NCBI GenBank assembly: GCA_041571435.1
Contig: JBFFUI010000005.1
Location: forward strand, 1 to 64,000
DNA: 64,000 nt
Source of the DNA: Sulfurimonadaceae bacterium
GTDB taxonomy: Bacteria > Campylobacterota > Campylobacteria > Campylobacterales > Sulfurimonadaceae
Reading direction: 5' to 3'
Below are positions 8,513 to 18,876 of the stretch, piece after piece (the first letter of the stretch is position 1; each line of letters starts with the position of its first letter). The notes under the pieces were generated by a model that saw only the letters and a list, made by a program, of their open reading frames with translations, was not told the origin of the DNA and ran no database searches. The position numbers and the translations under genes are program-made.

Positions 8513-9988
8513 TTGTTATTCAATAGCTATGAGTTTATATTTATCTTTCTGCCTTTTAGCTTTTTCATCTATTTCTTTTTATTGCACAGACGGTTGGTTA
8601 TTGCCGCAAAAGGCTTTCTGGTTTTTGCGTCACTGTTCTTTTATGCATGGTGGAATATCATTTATCTGCCAATAATATTGTCTTCTATCGTATTCAATTT
8701 TGTTATTGGTGACTTGTTAAATAATAAGTCTCAAAAGTTGAGGATACACAAGAAATCACTTCTGGCTTTAGGTATATCTGCCAATATAGGATTGTTGGGA
8801 TATTTCAAATACAGTGATTTTTTTATTGAAAATATTAACTTAGTTGCTAACGCTTCAATACCACTTTTACAATTGACATTGCCACTCGCTATTTCATTTT
8901 TCACATTTCAGCAAATTGCCTATCTAGTTGATTCCTATCGTAGAGAGACATCCGAATACGATTTTTTGAACTATACATTATTCGTGACATTTTTCCCTCA
9001 ACTTATCGCCGGTCCAATCGTGCATCATGCCGAAATGATGCCTCAGTTTGCTTCTCGATGGAACTGGGGAAAAAACTACAGACATGTTGCGATGGGATTG
9101 TTTATTTTTTCGATCGGTCTTTTTAAAAAAGTAGTGATCGCAGACAGCTTTGCTGTTTGGGCAACGGCAGGGTTCGACTATGCACCCGTATTGACTTTTT
9201 TTGAGGCGTGGGCAACATCACTCTCGTACACTTTTCAACTTTATTTCGATTTTTCCGGCTATACCGATATGGCGATAGGGGCAGCACTTCTTTTTAATAT
9301 CAAATTACCTATTAACTTTAACTCTCCCTATAAAGCAGTGGATATTCAGGACTTTTGGCGAAGATGGCATATGACGCTGTCTCGATTTCTTAAAGACTAT
9401 GTGTATATACCGCTAGGTGGAAATAGAGAGGGTGCCCTTTCAACCTATTTTAATCTGTTAATCACTTTTGTTATTGCCGGAGTCTGGCACGGGGCAGGAT
9501 GGACATTCGTTTTCTGGGGTCTCCTGCATGGTGTAGCCCTGGTTGTTCACCGAATCTGGAAACAATTTACATACAAGATGCCAAGAGTTATAGCTTGGCT
9601 GATAACATTTAATTTTATCAATATGGCATGGGTGTTTTTCAGGGCAGACTCATGGGATGATGCTATCAAAGTGATTAGCGGCATGTTAGGCTTGAGTGGA
9701 ATTGTGTTGCCCCAAGCATTTGAAAGAGAGATAGAGGTACTGTTTTCATCTGACGCTGTCTCATTTGGAGATGTAACACAGCATGTTGGCGACACCCTTT
9801 TAGTGTTCGGTTGGATAGCTGTAGGGTTTATCATAGTTCTTGCTTTCAGCAACTCTGTAAAGATGATGCAAAACAACAAACTTGAGATTAAAGATGCTTT
9901 TCTTTTCGCACTGTATATTTTTATATCTCTACTCTATTTATATTTCGGTCAAACGGTTCCGAGCGAATTTCTATATTTTAATTTTTGA
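8513..9988 (+). CDS. MBOAT family O-acyltransferase (AlgI/PatA/DltB-like)
   Basis: LPLAISFFTFQ, FFPQLIAGPI, YFDFSGYTD, FWRRWH, catalytic GVWHG; C-terminal FLYFNF. Confidence 0.93.
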   Translation: MLFNSYEFIFIFLPFSFFIYFFLLHRRLVIAAKGFLVFASLFFYAWWNIIYLPIILSSIVFNFVIGDLLNNKSQKLRIHKKSLLALGISANIGLLGYFKYSDFFIENINLVANASIPLLQLTLPLAISFFTFQQIAYLVDSYRRETSEYDFLNYTLFVTFFPQLIAGPIVHHAEMMPQFASRWNWGKNYRHVAMGLFIFSIGLFKKVVIADSFAVWATAGFDYAPVLTFFEAWATSLSYTFQLYFDFSGYTDMAIGAALLFNIKLPINFNSPYKAVDIQDFWRRWHMTLSRFLKDYVYIPLGGNREGALSTYFNLLITFVIAGVWHGAGWTFVFWGLLHGVALVVHRIWKQFTYKMPRVIAWLITFNFINMAWVFFRADSWDDAIKVISGMLGLSGIVLPQAFEREIEVLFSSDAVSFGDVTQHVGDTLLVFGWIAVGFIIVLAFSNSVKMMQNNKLEIKDAFLFALYIFISLLYLYFGQTVPSEFLYFNF

Positions 9989-9997
9989 GGGTCTGGT

Positions 9998-11101
9998 ATG
10001 AGAGCAAAAAACTTTGTAATACTCGCAATCGGTTTAGTACCTGTTTTCTTTGCAGCTTACCTTCTGCTGTTCTTATTCCAGCTTAACGCTTCAGTTGGTG
10101 CCGATTACTGGGTGAGTGATGCCTACAAATATAAAGATTACAGAGCAAAAGGTATGCCATCTAAAAAAATCATTATTATAGGTGGTTCAAATGCCCTTTT
10201 TGGGATTAACAGTGAAGTGATAGAGAAACTTACAGGGTATCCAGTACTTAATCTGGCATCGCATGCCGGTTTAGATATGGATTATTTCTATTATAAACTC
10301 AAACAACATATTGGTCGAGAAGATATAGTGGTTATACCTCTCGAGTTTTCGTATTACACATCTAGTGACAATATTACGGATCTTTTTTCCAATAATATGA
10401 TGAGTTGGGGACATGATTACCTCTTTCAGCTGCCGTTTACAGATTTCCTGAAATTTGTTTTGGTAGCTGAGCCTGATAGAGTGTTGGCCGGGGTAGTCAA
10501 ACAGGTTGAAACGAAAGGAGTTAATCACAACTTGTTAACAGAAAAGGAAGTTGTAGATATTTTGCATAAGATATGGTCTACTGAAGATGATGGATGGAGA
10601 GGTTACAGCTACAAGAGTCTGAACCGTTTTGGTGATGTGAATGTCGCATTACCGGTAGAATATCACAAAGATTCTGCATACTTTGAACAAGATCAAACGA
10701 TATCTTCTCATTTTCTAAAGGTGTATGCGAAAATAGAGAAGTTGGTGAGACAACATAATGGAAAACTCTATCTTACCTATCCTGTAACCATGAAAAATAA
10801 AAAATTTGACCTGACAGAGATGAAGAGCAGATTGAAGGTGAAAAACCTTGAAAAGTTATTAGATGCGTTTAACATCAAGATGTATTGCAATCCCGCTCTC
10901 TTTAATCTGGATGTTGAGTACTTTTACAATACCGATTACCACCCCAATAAGTATGGTGCTTTGGTTCGTTCAGAAAATTTGGCTGTCTGTCTAAATAGAT
11001 TGGATGATAACGGCGATAAGAGACAGATGTCATTTGAAGAGGCGATAGAGAGAACAACTATACTGCAGAAGAAATATACTGACCAGCTTAATAAACTTTA
11101 A
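9998..11101 (+). CDS. SGNH-like/DltD-like periplasmic acyl-transfer partner
   Basis: N-terminal TM anchor, IIIIGGSN nucleophile block, DYHPN (DxH) motif; 9 bp downstream of the MBOAT gene. Confidence 0.6.
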   Translation: MRAKNFVILAIGLVPVFFAAYLLLFLFQLNASVGADYWVSDAYKYKDYRAKGMPSKKIIIIGGSNALFGINSEVIEKLTGYPVLNLASHAGLDMDYFYYKLKQHIGREDIVVIPLEFSYYTSSDNITDLFSNNMMSWGHDYLFQLPFTDFLKFVLVAEPDRVLAGVVKQVETKGVNHNLLTEKEVVDILHKIWSTEDDGWRGYSYKSLNRFGDVNVALPVEYHKDSAYFEQDQTISSHFLKVYAKIEKLVRQHNGKLYLTYPVTMKNKKFDLTEMKSRLKVKNLEKLLDAFNIKMYCNPALFNLDVEYFYNTDYHPNKYGALVRSENLAVCLNRLDDNGDKRQMSFEEAIERTTILQKKYTDQLNKL

Positions 11102-11123
11102 AACGCGTATTTCTCTTCCGTTT

Positions 11124-13097
11124 TTACAGTTTTTTGATCTTCATGATCTCATCACGAAGACGCGCGGCCTCTTCAAACTCCAGGTTCTTGGCAGCGTACT
11201 TCATCTTGGCATTTAGCTCATCAAGCAGTTTTTTACGCTCCGCTTTCGGCATCTTGTCCGCTTTTTTACTCTTGGCATAAAGTTCGCCGGCATCGTCGAC
11301 TTTAAGGTCGGTGTCCAAGAGGCGCTTGACCGTTTTAGGTGTGATACCGTGCTCTTTGTTGTATGCCATCTGCAGCTCCCGGCGGGCAGTAGTGGTGTCC
11401 ATTGCCCGCTGCATCGAGCCGGTGATCTTTTTGGCATAGAGAATGACGCGTCCCTCTGCATTTCTGGCACCGCGGCCAATGGTCTGGATCAGTGCTGTCT
11501 CCGATCGCAGGAACCCCTCTTTGTCGGCATCCAGAATGGCAACGAGGCTCACTTCCGGGAGGTCAAGTCCTTCACGAAGCAGGTTTATCCCGACCAGTAC
11601 ATCAAAGTCACCGGCACGCAGCCCGCGAATGATCTGATTACGTTCGATGACATCGATATCTGAGTGCATATATTGGATCTTGACACCTAGGTCAGCCATA
11701 TATTTGGTCAGCCCCTCCGCCATCTTTTTAGTCAGTACTGTAACCAGGACCCTGTCACCTTTGGCCACCGTTTTGACAATCTCATCGTGCAGGTCTTCTA
11801 CCTGGTTCTCAGAGTCTTTGATGGTAATAGGCGGATCCAACAGACCGGTGGGACGGATGATCTGTTGCGCTTTGACCGCTGAGAGTTCCAACTCGTATTC
11901 AGCCGGCGTAGCCGAGACAAAGAGGTAGTGGGGAGCTTTGTTGATGAACTCGTCAAGTTTGAGTGGACGGTTGTCGAGGGCGCTGGGCAGGCGGAAGCCG
12001 TAGTCGACCAACACCTCTTTACGGCTTCTGTCACCCGCATACATACCGCGGAATTGTGGGAGTGAGACATGGGACTCATCAACGATGATCATGTACTCGT
12101 CATGATGCAGGTCAAAGTAGTCCAGCAGCGTGTAGGGCGCTTCTCCCGGTTTTTTCCCGGTAAAGAGACGGGAGTAGTTTTCAACGCCTTTGCACATCCC
12201 GGTAGTCTCCAGCATCTCTAAATCGAACTCGGTGCGCTGTTTCAGGCGCTGGGCTTCGACAATACGGTTCTCTTTGAGATAGTAGTCAAGTCTGTCATCA
12301 AGCTCTTCTTCTATCCGTTTGATCGCGACAGAGAGCTTCTCCTGGCCGACAGTGAACTGGCTGGTTGCATAGACTGTAAACTTATTGTGCTCTTCCAGTT
12401 TTTTATTTGAAAGGACTTCAAAAGAGTAGATTGCTTCAACTTCGTCACCGAAAAACTCGATGCGTATCGCTTCATCCTGCATATAGGGTGGGTAGATATC
12501 GATGACGTCGCCGCTGACACGGATGTGCCCGCTGTCAAAATAGGTGTCATTTCTGGCATATCCCATGTCGATGAGCCGTAAAAGCAGTTTCTTCTGCGAG
12601 ATCTCGTCACCGACCTCGATGCTTTGTACCATCTTTTCATACTCTTCAGGATCCCCCAGACCGTAGTTGGCCGAGACCGATGCAATAACGATGACATCAT
12701 CATAGGAGAGGAGGTTGGCCGTCGCAGAGAGCCGCATACGCTCCAGCTCATCATTGATTGCACTGTCTTTTTCGATAAAAAGGTCCTGGCGTGGGATGTA
12801 TGCTTCAGGCTGATAGTAGTCGTAGTAAGAGATAAAGTACTCGACATGATTGTTCGGAAAAAAACCTTTAAATTCGCTATAGAGTTGCGCAGCAAGTGTT
12901 TTGTTGTGGGTCATGATGATGGTCGGCATCTGGGTCTTCTCAATGGTCTTGGCCATCGTGTAGGTCTTGCCGCTACCAGTGACCCCCACCAGAGTCTGGT
13001 AGCGGTTACCCTTTAAGATGCTCTCAGAAAGTGCCTTTATCGCCGTAGGCTGGTCACCTGCGGGTTCGTACTCGGTCATTACTTTAAAGTCTGCCAA
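11124..13097 (-). CDS. uvrB: excinuclease ABC subunit B
   Basis: [42 protein letters not shown] motifs and C-terminal FEEAARLRD. Confidence 0.98.
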   Translation of the reverse strand: MADFKVMTEYEPAGDQPTAIKALSESILKGNRYQTLVGVTGSGKTYTMAKTIEKTQMPTIIMTHNKTLAAQLYSEFKGFFPNNHVEYFISYYDYYQPEAYIPRQDLFIEKDSAINDELERMRLSATANLLSYDDVIVIASVSANYGLGDPEEYEKMVQSIEVGDEISQKKLLLRLIDMGYARNDTYFDSGHIRVSGDVIDIYPPYMQDEAIRIEFFGDEVEAIYSFEVLSNKKLEEHNKFTVYATSQFTVGQEKLSVAIKRIEEELDDRLDYYLKENRIVEAQRLKQRTEFDLEMLETTGMCKGVENYSRLFTGKKPGEAPYTLLDYFDLHHDEYMIIVDESHVSLPQFRGMYAGDRSRKEVLVDYGFRLPSALDNRPLKLDEFINKAPHYLFVSATPAEYELELSAVKAQQIIRPTGLLDPPITIKDSENQVEDLHDEIVKTVAKGDRVLVTVLTKKMAEGLTKYMADLGVKIQYMHSDIDVIERNQIIRGLRAGDFDVLVGINLLREGLDLPEVSLVAILDADKEGFLRSETALIQTIGRGARNAEGRVILYAKKITGSMQRAMDTTTARRELQMAYNKEHGITPKTVKRLLDTDLKVDDAGELYAKSKKADKMPKAERKKLLDELNAKMKYAAKNLEFEEAARLRDEIMKIKKL

Positions 13098-13249
13098 TAC
13101 CGCCCTTTATGCTCTTGTCGTTTGAAATGAAATTATAGCGAAATAATAGGCTTGACTGGAACGTGATGGTTTATAGACATTTGGAGTTCTTATGTATGAT
13201 TTTGTCTTAAATGGGCTTTGCATCGGAGTGTTTACAGGAAGTTTGTTTT

Positions 13250-13258
13250 TGCTATAAT
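13250..13258 (+). promoter_or_regulatory. extended -10 promoter TGCTATAAT
   Basis: Exact Campylobacterota RpoD-type TGnTATAAT upstream of the acyltransferase gene. Confidence 0.55.
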
Positions 13259-13364
13259 CCAGCAGACTACCTCGCACTCCTCTTGTAAAGTTTTAGAACT
13301 TGTTGAGTGGTAGTAAACCTGCCATTGAGGAACCAATGCTATTAAACTATGATAAGAATCATCC

Positions 13365-14462
13365 ATGAAACATAGGTTTTATGTTTTAGACAGTTTCAGG
13401 GGAATAGCTGCAATATGTATAATACTGTATCACATGAATTATGCAGGAAGCATCACCGAGTTGAGCTTTTTTAAAAGCAGCGCAGTGTTTGTAGAGTTCT
13501 TTTTTGTGCTGAGTGGTTTTGTACTCACACACACATACGCTTTCAAGAAAAATATAAATTTCAAAGATTTTGTAGTATCACGAACATTTCGATTATTGCC
13601 CTTACATATTGTGATGCTGTTTGTTTTGATCATTATTGAAGTCGGAAAACTGGCTGCATATCAATATGGAATAACATTTACTTCCCCGCCTTTTACAGGA
13701 CAAAACGATGTAGCTGAGATCATTCCCAATCTTCTGTTGTTACAATCCTGGTTGCCCTTTTTTGACCATAACAGTTTCAACTCGCCATCGTGGAGTATCA
13801 GTATTGAATATTACATGTATATGATCTTCTATTTTTCACTGATTATTAAAAACAGTGCCAGATACATTCTTTGGTTTCTAATATCTTTTTCGATGTTTAG
13901 TCTTATATTTATGGGGGCTGAAATAACTGCGGAGATATTAAGAGGATTGTCCTGCTTCTTTGCAGGAGCATTGACTTACGTTTTGTACAAAAACATTCAT
14001 CATAAATTCAAAGCCACAAAAATATACTTTACCGTTCTTGAGACAATTCTCATAGTATCAGTTGTTGGACTTGTCTCATCATCCATAGAACATAAATCCC
14101 TGACGCTCAGTCTAGTGTTTTGTCTACAGGTCTTTGTTTTTGCATTTGAAAAAGGAGCCCTCTCTCAATTGTTGAGACAACAGCTGTTCTTGCATGCTGG
14201 AAAATTATCGTATTCAATCTATATGGTGCATTATGCAATACTCTTTTGTGCTATTGCTATCGTCATCATTGCGCAGAAATTATTTGGAATCAAGATGACG
14301 ATGTTTATTGATGGTGCACGCTACATTGATTTCGGTAATCTGTTTTATAATAACCTTGCAGTTCTTTTTCTCATGGGAGTCATTATTTATGTGTCCGGTC
14401 TTACCAATAAATTTATAGAACAGAAAGGACAGGAATTAGGCAGAAAAATTATTTCTAAATGA
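13365..14462 (+). CDS. acyltransferase family 3 (OafA-like) membrane protein
   Basis: LDSFRGIAA..IILYH, FFVLSGFV, RTFRLLP, SWSISIE and SYSIYMVH motifs; AT-rich. Confidence 0.9.
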   Translation: MKHRFYVLDSFRGIAAICIILYHMNYAGSITELSFFKSSAVFVEFFFVLSGFVLTHTYAFKKNINFKDFVVSRTFRLLPLHIVMLFVLIIIEVGKLAAYQYGITFTSPPFTGQNDVAEIIPNLLLLQSWLPFFDHNSFNSPSWSISIEYYMYMIFYFSLIIKNSARYILWFLISFSMFSLIFMGAEITAEILRGLSCFFAGALTYVLYKNIHHKFKATKIYFTVLETILIVSVVGLVSSSIEHKSLTLSLVFCLQVFVFAFEKGALSQLLRQQLFLHAGKLSYSIYMVHYAILFCAIAIVIIAQKLFGIKMTMFIDGARYIDFGNLFYNNLAVLFLMGVIIYVSGLTNKFIEQKGQELGRKIISK

Positions 14463-14622
14463 GAAAAGAGACGCCTAAATAGCACAAAATAATCTTCAAG
14501 ATAGCATACGGAATATGCGTATAAAAAACTTGAAACTAATTAATATCATGTATTATGCACTTATATGATAAAATTATGAAAGATTGAACTAGCAACAATT
14601 AAATTAATGATAATGAGTCAAA

Positions 14623-14850
14623 ATGGAAGAGTCCTCAACCTTGGAAAAACTAAGTCAAAAAGTCAGCCAGATGCTTCACCGTTACGATGAACTTCGTATG
14701 GAAAATGTGCAGCTTAAAGAGAAGGTTGAACTTATGGAGTTAGACAATGCTTCAAAAGAGGCAACAGTCACACGTATGCAGGATGAATTGCTTGAAAAAG
14801 ACCGCGAGATTGAAGAGATTGTAAACAAGATCGAGAGTATTTTAGGTTAA
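14623..14850 (+). CDS. ZapB-like coiled-coil protein
   Basis: 75-aa continuous heptad coiled coil (LEKLSQKVSQML..Y.EL..EN..LK), directly upstream of a ZapA-like gene. Confidence 0.55.
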   Translation: MEESSTLEKLSQKVSQMLHRYDELRMENVQLKEKVELMELDNASKEATVTRMQDELLEKDREIEEIVNKIESILG

Positions 14851-14884
14851 CAGGAAATGACGAAGCAAAGGCGAGGGGCTGCAG

Positions 14885-15112
14885 ATGAGTAAAAAAGTAT
14901 CTCTCACCGTCAACGGCAGTCGTTTTGACATCGAGCTCGAGGATGCGTTTGCCGCCTATTTGTCAAAACAGATGAAAAACGATTTCAATACAGAGGGCAA
15001 TAATGACGCCAAGACCCTGCTGTATGCCTATGTCCGAAAAAATGCCGAGCTGTTTAAACAAGAGCAAGAGCTGTTCAAGATGTTGGACAAACTCAATGAT
15101 GATATGCAATGA
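14885..15112 (+). CDS. ZapA-like cell division protein
   Basis: V.LTVNG.RF.I beta start followed by a helical C-terminus, the ZapA architecture. Confidence 0.5.
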   Translation: MSKKVSLTVNGSRFDIELEDAFAAYLSKQMKNDFNTEGNNDAKTLLYAYVRKNAELFKQEQELFKMLDKLNDDMQ

Positions 15113-15161
15113 ATGGGTTTCAATGGCAAGAACAGTACATTGTAATATAGAAGGAAAAAGT

Positions 15162-15566
15162 GTGAAAAAGATCTTTGCTATCGGTGCAACGGTTTTGTTG
15201 ATGATCAGCGGCTGCTCTCAAGAGTCTGACATAAAGCCGGGCCTTGACTGTGTTCTAACCGGTGTCGTCAATGGCAAAACAGGTAAGCTTGTCGAAATTG
15301 ACAAGGAAGATGCAAGAAGAAGCGGTTTTGAGTACCACTTCCGTTTTAAAAGCGACAATACAGTGACAGTCAACAGCGCAGATGTTGACAGTGGCACAGA
15401 TGTTTATGTACCCGATGCAGACAACGTGAGAAGTTACTCTTTGCAAAGAGAGACAAAAGTCGACAAAGACATGAAGTTTCAATTTACCGAAGCATTCGAT
15501 GATGTTGAATTCTTGATAGCAAGTGAGGGCACAAAGTACCTGTACGACTGTTCACAGGTGAAGTAA
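15162..15566 (+). CDS. lipoprotein of unknown function
   Basis: GTG start after AAGGA; lipobox ISGC. Confidence 0.7.
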   Translation: MKKIFAIGATVLLMISGCSQESDIKPGLDCVLTGVVNGKTGKLVEIDKEDARRSGFEYHFRFKSDNTVTVNSADVDSGTDVYVPDADNVRSYSLQRETKVDKDMKFQFTEAFDDVEFLIASEGTKYLYDCSQVK

Positions 15567-15691
15567 AATGAGGCCATTTGCTGAAGCTTATTTAGTGCTT
15601 AAAACTCTTCAGCAAGCTGTAAGAATACTTATTGCACAATGAGCGCTAAGGTTGCAAGTGTAACCAAATTTTTAAACTTAAGGAGTTCTTT

Positions 15692-16141
15692 ATGAAAAGA
15701 GCTGGTTTTACAATGATCGAATTGATCTTCGTTATCGTTATTTTAGGTATTTTGGCAGCGGTAGCGCTTCCTAAATTTGCTGGTGTTTCTGACCAAGCTA
15801 ATGCACAAAAGTGTAATGCGTTTGCTGGTACACTAAACCGTACAGTCGGACCATCAATGTGGTCAGAGTCTATTGCTGATGCTTCTAATGTAAACAAAGG
15901 GTCGGTTTCATCTACTCTATACGTTACAGATAACTTCATCAACTTGGATGATATTCCTGCTGAATGTCTTGCAACAGGAACAACAGCTGTAGCAGCTACA
16001 AACACTATTGTATTGCCTACTGCAGTTGGTAACACGAATGAGAACATTTCTTCTCCAATCTTCGGTGCAAGCCAATATGATCTTAACGTTACTGACGGAA
16101 ACATCTCTGACGCTCCTCGTTGGACATGGACTAAGCGTTAA
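15692..16141 (+). CDS. type IV pilin (major-pilin-like)
   Basis: Prepilin motif KRAG|FTMIELIFVIVILGILAAVALP; strong AAGGAG RBS; followed by its own terminator. Confidence 0.9.
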   Translation: MKRAGFTMIELIFVIVILGILAAVALPKFAGVSDQANAQKCNAFAGTLNRTVGPSMWSESIADASNVNKGSVSSTLYVTDNFINLDDIPAECLATGTTAVAATNTIVLPTAVGNTNENISSPIFGASQYDLNVTDGNISDAPRWTWTKR

Positions 16142-16166
16142 TATATAACTGACGTTTTCACTCAAA

Positions 16167-16191
16167 TGCCAGGTGATTTTCTCACCTGGCA
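16167..16191 (+). terminator. intrinsic terminator-like hairpin
   Basis: Perfect 10-bp stem TGCCAGGTGA/TCACCTGGCA after the pilin gene. Confidence 0.65.
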
Positions 16192-16370
16192 ACTTCTTGT
16201 CTCCGATCTCTTTATTAATTCCCACTTTGTCCTTATTAACTATAAAATATGACCATCCATTGTCTTCCTGAACTTGAGAATTATAAAAAGATAAAGATTT
16301 TTTTTTGTAAAACAATGATATAGTAAATAATTATAAAGAGAATCTAGACATTGCATAAAAAGGTTTACTC

Positions 16371-16847
16371 ATGAAAAGAAATGCATTTACGATAATAGAA
16401 CTTATCTTCGTTATTGTTGTATTGGGGATCTTGGCAGCTGTAGCCATACCTCGATTGGGGTCCAATATGGAGCATGCGCAGGTTGCAAAAGCCCAGGGTG
16501 ATCTGGCAGCATTACGAGCTGCAATCGCCAGCGCACGTCAGAAAATGTTGGTCACAGGTACGAACGCCTATCCGACTAAACTGGACAATCTTGGCGGGGC
16601 AACGTCAAACAATGGAGATCCACTCTTTGATACAAACGGTTCCATCACGATATTGACCTATCCTGTTTATTCTGATGCAGGTTCAGGCAATTGGCGAAAG
16701 ACCGCAAACAACACGTATGCTTTTAAAGTAATCGAGACAGATATTTTCTTTACATACGGCGGTGTCAATAGTGGCCTGTTTGATTGTCATGGTGTAGCAG
16801 CTAACACCGGAGCTGCATTGGATTATTGTCGGAAAATCGCTGAATAA
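16371..16847 (+). CDS. type IV pilin / T2SS pseudopilin (CtsG-like)
   Basis: KRNA|FTIIELIFVIVVLGILAAVAIP; C-terminal Cys pair; precedes priA. Confidence 0.88.
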   Translation: MKRNAFTIIELIFVIVVLGILAAVAIPRLGSNMEHAQVAKAQGDLAALRAAIASARQKMLVTGTNAYPTKLDNLGGATSNNGDPLFDTNGSITILTYPVYSDAGSGNWRKTANNTYAFKVIETDIFFTYGGVNSGLFDCHGVAANTGAALDYCRKIAE

Positions 16848-16909
16848 GCGATAACCTGCAGATTCTTTCTGCAGACTTTAAAGTGTAATGCGTTTCATAA
16901 AGGACCTGT

Positions 16910-18763
16910 TTGTACTTTTATGAGATCGCACTGCTTAACTCTCCCCTCGCACCTTTAACCTACTCCTTTAGCACTGATTTAGATGTCGGTCGCGTCGTCA
17001 ATGTCAATCTTCGCAACCGTTCGCTTAATGGTGTCGTTATCAACGTTGTTTCTAGACCAGATTTCCAAACGTCAGCCATCGGATCGGTAACGGCAAGCTG
17101 TTTCTCCCCATCACAGATCTCGATGGCAAAATTTATGGCCGAATATTATTTTTGCTCGTTGGGTGAAGCTTTGAACCTCTTTGTCCCTTTTGACGATACG
17201 GCACATCCGGAAAATATAACGGAAGAAAATGAAAGATTGACAGAAAGCAAGATAGCGCTTTCTGACAAGCAGCGCCAAGCTTTAGACTTCTTGCAAAAAC
17301 ACTCTGTTTCACTGCTGTTTGGCGACACTGGATCGGGCAAGACAGAGATCTATATGAAGTATTTTGAAGAGATCCTTGCACAAGGGAAACGAGCGATCTT
17401 CTTGATGCCTGAGATCTCACTGACACCACAGATGCAGATCCGTTTAGAAGAGCATTTTGGCGATGCGGTGGTGATGTGGCACTCTAAAGTGACGAAACCA
17501 CAGAAAAAAAAACTGCTTGAACGCATCTATAACGGTTCGGCGAGGATCATTGCCGGAGCACGTTCTGCTCTCTTCTTACCGGTAGATGACCTGGGGCTTA
17601 TTGTCGTTGATGAAGAGCATGATGATAGCTACAAATCCAATGCCCGACCACGCTACCATGCCCGCGACATGGCGATCTATATGGGACGTTTACAGAAGGT
17701 ACCGGTTGTGCTTGGCAGCGCAACACCCTCGATGAGCTCTTATGAGAAATTTCCGCATACCAGACTCAAAGGCGGTCATTTTTCATCCCGTCGTGAGTTC
17801 GAATTTGAGTCGTCCCGTGAAGAGATCACCATGAGTGTGGAATCTGCCATCGTGCAGACGAAAGCTAATGCTGAACAGTCGATGCTCTTCATCCCGACCC
17901 GCGCCAATTTCAAGTACCTTATCTGTGAAGCCTGCGGGCACACACATTCATGCCCTTACTGCAGTGTCGGCATGAGTGTTCACCGTAAAAGCAATGCCAT
18001 AAAATGTCACTACTGCAACTTCTCAGAGCGTATCCCCTCAGCGTGCAGTGAATGCGGCCATGAGATGTTGACGTCCAACCGTTTGGGCACGGCAGAAGCC
18101 GTCCATTTTTTCGAGGAGAACTATCCTGAGATACGTGTGGGGCAATTTGACCGTGATGCTGTCAGCACCCAGAACAAGCTTAAAAAACTGCTCAAAGCTT
18201 TCAATTCAAAAGAGATCGATCTTCTGATAGGGACGCAGATGCTCTCAAAAGGGCACGACTACCATGATGTGACACTAGCGGTCATCCTGGGACTTGACAA
18301 CCAGCTCAACATGAGTGACTACCGCGCAAGAGAGAAGACACTCTCGCTCTTGATCCAGATCGCAGGACGCAGCGGGCGTAAAAAAGCGGCCAGGGTATTG
18401 GTTCAAAGTTATAATAGAGAGTTTTTTGAACCCTACCTCGGCAACTATGAGCAGTTCCTTGAAGACGAAAAACAGTTTCGCAAAGGTCTCTACCCTCCGT
18501 ACAAGAAGCTTGCACGTGTCCTGTTCTCGCACAAATACGCGAACAGAGCAGAAGAGGCGATGCAGAAGATGGTGGATAATCTTCGTCAGTTCCCGGCAGT
18601 CGAGATCATCGGTTACGGTGTCTCGCAAATAGAGAAGATTGCCAACAAATACCGCTATCAGATCTTGCTGCGTGCGGATAAGAGTACGGACTTGATACAG
18701 GCTATAAAAGCGAGTCAAGTTGACCTAGCCGAGATTGATATGGATCCGATCGAGTTTATATAA
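16910..18763 (+). CDS. priA: primosomal protein N'
   Basis: GDTGSGKTE, MPEISLTPQ, DEEHD, four CxxC zinc motifs, QIAGRSGR. Confidence 0.97.
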   Translation: MYFYEIALLNSPLAPLTYSFSTDLDVGRVVNVNLRNRSLNGVVINVVSRPDFQTSAIGSVTASCFSPSQISMAKFMAEYYFCSLGEALNLFVPFDDTAHPENITEENERLTESKIALSDKQRQALDFLQKHSVSLLFGDTGSGKTEIYMKYFEEILAQGKRAIFLMPEISLTPQMQIRLEEHFGDAVVMWHSKVTKPQKKKLLERIYNGSARIIAGARSALFLPVDDLGLIVVDEEHDDSYKSNARPRYHARDMAIYMGRLQKVPVVLGSATPSMSSYEKFPHTRLKGGHFSSRREFEFESSREEITMSVESAIVQTKANAEQSMLFIPTRANFKYLICEACGHTHSCPYCSVGMSVHRKSNAIKCHYCNFSERIPSACSECGHEMLTSNRLGTAEAVHFFEENYPEIRVGQFDRDAVSTQNKLKKLLKAFNSKEIDLLIGTQMLSKGHDYHDVTLAVILGLDNQLNMSDYRAREKTLSLLIQIAGRSGRKKAARVLVQSYNREFFEPYLGNYEQFLEDEKQFRKGLYPPYKKLARVLFSHKYANRAEEAMQKMVDNLRQFPAVEIIGYGVSQIEKIANKYRYQILLRADKSTDLIQAIKASQVDLAEIDMDPIEFI

Positions 18764-18876
18764 GGTTCGCGGCTATTAGCGTAATATAAGCAATATTTAT
18801 CCGTAATTTGGTAAGTTTAATCTTCTTTAACGTTTAAAGTTGTATTATGAAAACATCTACATCGTAAAGAGTACGT

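Noticed and set aside
15113-15161. 6S RNA expected downstream of a zapA-like gene
   Set aside because: Only ~50 bp separate the gene from the next CDS, too short for 6S RNA.
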